Shown: positions 57,940 through 64,000 of the stretch, piece after piece
Numbering within the stretch: position 1 is the stretch's first letter
Layout of the letters: every line of letters starts with the position of its first letter
NCBI GenBank assembly: GCA_038205015.1
Contig: JBBRCK010000001.1
Location: 51,862 to 115,861, forward strand
DNA length: 64,000 bases
Source of the DNA: Candidatus Levyibacteriota bacterium
Lineage (GTDB): Bacteria > Patescibacteriota > Microgenomatia > Levybacterales > UBA12049
Reading direction: 5' to 3'
Notes under the pieces: model-generated
Database searches by the model: none
What the model was told of the DNA's origin: nothing
Seen by the model: the letters and a program-made list of their open reading frames with translations, nothing else
Position numbers and translations under genes: made by a program

Positions 57940-59385
57940 ATGGTTTTTTATAGAAAATATAGACCTCAAAAAATAGACGAGTTAGATAACGAAGTAGTAA
58001 GGCAAAGTCTTTATTCGATTTTTTCAAAAGGTAATTTTCCCCATGCATTTCTTTTTACCGGACCAAAAGGTTTAGGAAAAACATCAGCCGCCAGAATTAT
58101 TGCTAAAGTGATAAACTGCGAAAAGCATAAAGGATTAAAAGGTTTAAGAGCGGAAAAAGAAATCGAGCCGGATAATAAATGTGAGCAATGCATCTCAATT
58201 ACTAACGGAAACAACTTTGATGTTTTGGAAATTGACGGAGCATCAAATAGAGGAATTGATGAGATAAGAGATCTTAGAGAAAAAATAAAACTGGCCCCAT
58301 TTAAAGCTACCACAAAAATTTATATTATTGATGAGGTTCATATGTTAACAACCGAAGCTTTTAATGCACTTTTAAAAACTTTAGAAGAACCACCAAGCCA
58401 TGCTGTATTTATTCTTTGTACAACCGAAGTTCAAAAAGTTCCGGCGACTATTCTTTCCAGATGCTTTAGAGTTAATTTTACCAGAGCTACGTCAGAGGAA
58501 TTGGTCAGGTCTTTTTCAAGAATTGTTAAGGAAGAAGAGATAAAAATAGACAAGGATGCATTAATAGAAATTGCAAGACTTTCTGACGGAAGTTTTAGAG
58601 ATGGAGTGAAGCTTTTGGAGGAGGTTTCTGTTTTCGCCGGACGAAAAAATATAACCAAGGAATTGGTAGATGAAAAATATAACAGTCAGGGAGTTGGAGA
58701 AAACGCTTCACAAATGCTTTCTAACTTATTTGAAAAAAATACCAAGAAAGCGTTAGGTATTTGCAGAGAACTTACTAAGCAGGGAATGGATTATAAGTTT
58801 TTTATTGAAGAACTAATTGAAAGATTGCATTTAATGCTTTTAATAGAAGCAGGAGTTGAGAAAGGAGAAAAAGAAGTTAATTTTTCACTTTCCGAAATTA
58901 AACAGCTTTTTGAAATTTTATCCTCGGCTTATCAGGAAACTAAATTTGCAATTTTACCTCAAATCCCATTAGAGTTGGCAATTTTAGAATGGACCGGAAA
59001 AAACGAAACAAATGCGCTGGGGTTGGATTCTGAGTCCGATGAGTCTTCAGATGCAAGTACCCCTGCAAAAATCGGGGTAGGGTCGTCATCGGTGATTACA
59101 GTGAAAACGTCATCTCATCAAAATCCTCCCCGTGCAGAAAACGTATTCTTTGTTAATCTAATTAACGAGGTAAAAAAACATAATAATCTTTTAGCAGGAG
59201 TATTGCGTGGATGTAGTGCAAATGAGATAAAAAATGGAAATTTAGAGATTGTTGCTCGTTCGAAATTCCATAAAGAAAAATTAGAAGAGGATAAGGCAAT
59301 TACAATTCTTGAAGATTCGTGCAAAGAAATAACAGGTAAGAAAATAAATGTTAGAATATTATTAGGAGGTGATTTAAATGAATAA
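57940..59385 (+). CDS. dnaX: DNA polymerase III subunit tau/gamma
   Basis: YRKYRPQ, GPKGLGKT, IIDEVHML, NALLKTLEEPP, SRC. Confidence 0.98.
   Translation: MVFYRKYRPQKIDELDNEVVRQSLYSIFSKGNFPHAFLFTGPKGLGKTSAARIIAKVINCEKHKGLKGLRAEKEIEPDNKCEQCISITNGNNFDVLEIDGASNRGIDEIRDLREKIKLAPFKATTKIYIIDEVHMLTTEAFNALLKTLEEPPSHAVFILCTTEVQKVPATILSRCFRVNFTRATSEELVRSFSRIVKEEEIKIDKDALIEIARLSDGSFRDGVKLLEEVSVFAGRKNITKELVDEKYNSQGVGENASQMLSNLFEKNTKKALGICRELTKQGMDYKFFIEELIERLHLMLLIEAGVEKGEKEVNFSLSEIKQLFEILSSAYQETKFAILPQIPLELAILEWTGKNETNALGLDSESDESSDASTPAKIGVGSSSVITVKTSSHQNPPRAENVFFVNLINEVKKHNNLLAGVLRGCSANEIKNGNLEIVARSKFHKEKLEEDKAITILEDSCKEITGKKINVRILLGGDLNE
58998..59136 (+). other. Candidate -1 frameshift signal (A_AAA_AAC plus long hairpin) or palindromic insertion in dnaX
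   Basis: Slippery heptamer 58998-59004, 8-nt spacer, nested inverted repeats 59013-59136, -1 frame TGA at 59031-59033. Confidence 0.5.
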
Positions 59386-59665
59386 TCCATTTTCTCAACT
59401 TGGAGACCTTAAGAAAATGAGAGATCAAGCTATGCAAATTCAAAAAGAATTGCAGGCAGAAGAAGTGAGCGTTGAAAAAAACGGTGTTGAAATTGTTATA
59501 ACCGGTGACCAAAAAATAAAAGAAATAAAAACAAATGGAAAGGGAGACAACGATATTAAAGATGCAATTAATGAAGCAATTAAAAAATCTCAAGAAATTG
59601 CTGCAAGAAAATTAGCATCAATGCAAGGCGGACTTTCCGGACTTTTAGGTGGCGGGGGACAATAA
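59378..59665 (+). CDS. ybaB: YbaB/EbfC nucleoid-associated protein
   Basis: Coiled coil + V.ITGDQ; follows dnaX. Confidence 0.9.
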   Translation: MNNPFSQLGDLKKMRDQAMQIQKELQAEEVSVEKNGVEIVITGDQKIKEIKTNGKGDNDIKDAINEAIKKSQEIAARKLASMQGGLSGLLGGGGQ

Positions 59666-59712
59666 ATTTCTAAATCTTGCTTCAACAATACGATAAATAG
59701 TAAAATAATCTT

Positions 59713-60612
59713 ATGAAGGTTTTTAGTGGAAATTCAAATAAAAATCTGGCTTTAAAAATTGTCAAAAATTTAAAGCTTGAGCTTTCTCCAGTTGAAATTT
59801 TTCTTTTTCCGGACGGCGAGAAACGAATTAGAATTCAGGAAAAAGTTTTAGGACAAGATTGCTTAGTAATTCAGTCTGCCAGCACTCCTCCTGATGAAAA
59901 TTACATGGAGCTTTTTATAATGATTGATGCCTTAAAAAGAAGCGGAGCAAAATCTATTAAGGTATTAATTCCATATTTAGGTTATCAAAGACAAGACCAT
60001 GTTTTCCGAGATGGTGAAGCGGTATCTTTGGATGTTATTGCTAATATCTTAACAACGGTTGGGATGACCGAAGGGTATTCATTCGATTTGCACTCACCAA
60101 AAATTCCGGAAATCTTTTCAGTTCCAATGCATTTCTTATCAGCATTATCTATTTTTGTTGAAAAGATTAAAAAAGATTTTAAATTAGATGAGATTGTTTT
60201 AGTTTCTCCCGACATGGGAGGAATAAGAAGGATTAAAGAAGTATCAGAGATGTTGGGAAATCTTCCTTACGCAACAATAAATAAAGACCGAGATTTATCA
60301 AGCGGAGAGATTAGCGATTCCGGTTTAGATGGAGACGTAAGAGAGAAAATTGCGATAATTGTTGATGATATGATTTCAACGGGAAAAACAATGGTGGAAG
60401 CGGCAGAACTATTGATTGAAAATGGTGCAACAAAAGTTTATGTTTTCGCAACACATGCTGTTTTGGCCAAAGACGCTTCGAAACTCCTGCAGCATTCAAG
60501 AATTGAAAGAGTTATAGTCGCAGACACAATAGATGTTCCGGGTTTTAAGCAGTTTCCTAAGCTTGAAGTACTTTCTATTGCCCATATTGCTGCAGAAGCT
60601 TTAAAATCCTAA
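59713..60612 (+). CDS. prs: Ribose-phosphate pyrophosphokinase
   Basis: FPDGE, PYLGYQRQD, DLHS, SPDMGG, VDDMISTG.T. Confidence 0.97.
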   Translation: MKVFSGNSNKNLALKIVKNLKLELSPVEIFLFPDGEKRIRIQEKVLGQDCLVIQSASTPPDENYMELFIMIDALKRSGAKSIKVLIPYLGYQRQDHVFRDGEAVSLDVIANILTTVGMTEGYSFDLHSPKIPEIFSVPMHFLSALSIFVEKIKKDFKLDEIVLVSPDMGGIRRIKEVSEMLGNLPYATINKDRDLSSGEISDSGLDGDVREKIAIIVDDMISTGKTMVEAAELLIENGATKVYVFATHAVLAKDASKLLQHSRIERVIVADTIDVPGFKQFPKLEVLSIAHIAAEALKS

Positions 60613-60613
60613 G

Positions 60614-61219
60614 ATGATAATACCTAAGGCAATCCAAAATTTAATAGAATCGTTTGAAAAACTTCCTGGCGTTGGTCCAAAAACAGCCCAACGATTAACA
60701 TTTTATCTTCTACATGTTCCTCAAGTTGAGCTTGATAAATTTGCAAGTTCGTTACAAAATCTTAAAACAAACACAATTATTTGTTCAAACTGTTTTATGA
60801 TTGATGAAGAAAATCCCTGCAGTATTTGTCAAGATAGTCAAAGAGATAAAAGCACCATTTGTGTTGTTGAGGAGCCTTTAGATGTTTTGGCTTTAGAAAA
60901 AGGCAGGGGATTTAAGGGTTTATATCATGTTTTGCACGGTAAAATTGACCCTTTAAACAATATTGGCCCCGATGAAATTTATATATCACATCTTTTAAAG
61001 CGTGTAAAAACATCCCAAGAAGTTAAAGAAGTGATTTTAGCAACTAATCCGACCATGGAGGGAGAGGGAACGGCAATGTATATAGCCAAGCAGCTCAAAA
61101 TCCAAAATCCTGATCTCAAAATTTCCCGAATCGGGCGGGGTTTGCCTGTGGGAGCTGATTTAGAGTATGCTGATGATGTGACGTTGCAAAGAGCAATGGA
61201 AGGAAGGAGCACTTATTAA
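60614..61219 (+). CDS. recR: Recombination mediator RecR
   Basis: LPGVGPKTAQR, C4 Zn finger, YHVLHG, ATNPTMEGE.TA. Confidence 0.98.
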   Translation: MIIPKAIQNLIESFEKLPGVGPKTAQRLTFYLLHVPQVELDKFASSLQNLKTNTIICSNCFMIDEENPCSICQDSQRDKSTICVVEEPLDVLALEKGRGFKGLYHVLHGKIDPLNNIGPDEIYISHLLKRVKTSQEVKEVILATNPTMEGEGTAMYIAKQLKIQNPDLKISRIGRGLPVGADLEYADDVTLQRAMEGRSTY

Positions 61220-61766
61220 TGGACATGCCTAATATACAATTTGGGGAATTGTTGGAAAAGGGACAAAGTGCGGCTTCGGATGCTGCTAAAACAGCCGTTT
61301 CGGATGTAGTAGGTTCGGCCTCAGGTCAAATTGGCATTAAAAACGAAGCAAATGCTACTCAAGTTCAAAATCAAATTCAACAACAAGGTCAGCCTCAAGA
61401 ACAAATTTCTACTCCCTCACAGTCTCAAACAAATAATGAATTTACAAATGAGATGGTAAAAGAATTTTATGCGCCTTCTTCAGGCACTCCCCAGTATTCA
61501 CTTGCTGAGCAAAACCAACCAATTGAGGAGCAAAAGCTTGCTCAAATAAGACAAAAGCTGCATCAGGAGCAGCATAATGAGGTTTATTTTAATGCAGTAC
61601 TAAATGCGGATGCTCCTAAAAAACAGCAGGAAGAAAGACCGGCCGAAAGGGTAGAAAGACAAGAAATGGAAGACTTGCAGGATCAAAGAAAAAAACAAGA
61701 AGACTTGCCAACAGCAGTTACGAGAGCACAAACGCATACGGAAGTTAGTCCGGGAATTGCAGGATA

Positions 61767-61767
<1 letters not shown>
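61219..61767 (+). CDS. Gln/Glu-rich hypothetical protein
   Basis: Translationally coupled between recR and cysS. Confidence 0.7.
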
Positions 61768-63064
<1,297 letters not shown>

Positions 63065-63068
<4 letters not shown>

Positions 63069-63412
63069 GCCACATTTGCTTTTTCGCTTGCAGGAGTTGT
63101 TGCTACCGGTTGATGGTCTTTAATATTTATTATTCCCGGAACTTCTTGTGTTGGTTGAAGAATAGGTTTTACTTCTGGAGAAGCTGTTGGTAATGGAGCT
63201 TGACTTCTTTCAGCTTCTGCAAGTTGATTTCTTAATTCTCTAAGTCTATTGGCATCTGCAGGATTTTTGTAATCTCTTCCTTGAGCCATCTGTGTTTCTA
63301 AGTTTGCAACGTCTATTTTTAACTCGTCTGTGCTTAATTTAGGAGTAACCGGTACTTCTGCTTTTTTTCCTCTGAAACGTTCCGTAAATCCACTAATAAA
63401 ACTCATATACAC
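63065..63412 (-). CDS. Hypothetical protein (ORFan)
   Basis: 115-aa ORF with upstream TTGACA...TATA promoter. Confidence 0.65.
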
Positions 63413-63452
63413 AGCGTATAGTAGTTATTGTAAGCTTGTCAAGAAGAGAAAA

Positions 63453-63764
63453 TTATCTTTCTAGTTTTTTTCTTGCTTCTAAAATTGGGGTAATACGGTC
63501 AACGTAGTTAGGATTTAGTCCTTTCCATCTCTGTTCTCCTGCGTCACTAATTCCTTGAGCAACTAAAATAATCTGATCTCTTGTAATTCTGTCCTCATGT
63601 TCGCCTATTAAGTTAATTTGGGGTTGACTTTCCATTACTAAAGACAGAGCATATTCTGACCTCAAGCCTTCACGTAAGGCTTTTATTCCAGTTAACATTC
63701 TAATAACTTTATATATAGATATTGTTTCAGTTGCTGGAGTGTGTTTTAATAATTCGTTTTGCAT
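63453..63764 (-). CDS. Hypothetical protein
   Basis: 103-aa ORF. Confidence 0.55.
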   Translation of the reverse strand: MQNELLKHTPATETISIYKVIRMLTGIKALREGLRSEYALSLVMESQPQINLIGEHEDRITRDQIILVAQGISDAGEQRWKGLNPNYVDRITPILEARKKLER

Positions 63765-63766
63765 AA

Positions 63767-63982
63767 TTAACTTTGTATTAATTTTCCCCTTGAATTATCG
63801 TCAAATTTAGGTCCAATAGGCTCAGGCATGCCTCTTAAATCCCCTGGGCATACAGATGGCCTTGAATATATTGTTCTCATACCTATTTCGTCTTGCGTAA
63901 CAATGTCTTGAGAGGGTACTTCCGGTGTTGCCGCCTGGTCCCTTGAATTTACATAGTCAACATTAGCCATAACTCCACCCAA
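63767..63982 (-). CDS. Hypothetical protein
   Basis: 71-aa ORF; GGAG SD before ATG63970. Confidence 0.5.
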   Translation of the reverse strand: MGGVMANVDYVNSRDQAATPEVPSQDIVTQDEIGMRTIYSRPSVCPGDLRGMPEPIGPKFDDNSRGKLIQS

Positions 63983-64000
63983 AAAATCCCCGTCGTAATC

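Overview
AT-rich (compact) chromosomal window from a Candidate Phyla Radiation bacterium. The 16S signatures GTGCCAGAAGTCTCGGTAA and TCTACGGATGGCAGCA point to Microgenomates/OP11. It uses the standard genetic code. Core content: secE-nusG-rplK, galU, six tRNAs, rpmG, rpmB, fmt-def, a split mreB/mreCD-mrdA cluster, topA, a complete dTMP-cycle cluster (dcd, dut-like, Nudix, thyA, folA, glyA), uppS, a surface-protein cluster, rpsB-tsf-frr-rseP, gdhA, proS, ddl, rpsU-ybeY-dnaX-ybaB-prs-recR and cysS. A stand-alone 16S rRNA gene carries a group I intron at S1498 that encodes a LAGLIDADG endonuclease. Many single-gene ORFans with their own promoters are interspersed. Best leads not shown by the ORF track: (1) a ~174-nt promoter-driven rod-shaped ncRNA (6S-like) at 3478-3651; (2) a tRNA cluster colonised by free-standing endonuclease genes (an HNH relic, and an HTH-LAGLIDADG-like ORF whose stop lies inside tRNA-Thr); (3) an A_AAA_AAC slippery site followed by a 124-nt hairpin in dnaX, predicting a gamma-like subunit by -1 frameshift; (4) an intron endonuclease ORF whose start codon is locked in ribozyme helix P8; (5) decayed gene relics (dprA tail; 5' ends of two neighbouring methyltransferase genes) beside ORFan insertions; (6) pervasive leaderless promoters and heptamer repeats. 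All calls come from reading the sequence by eye; no searches or folding programs were run.
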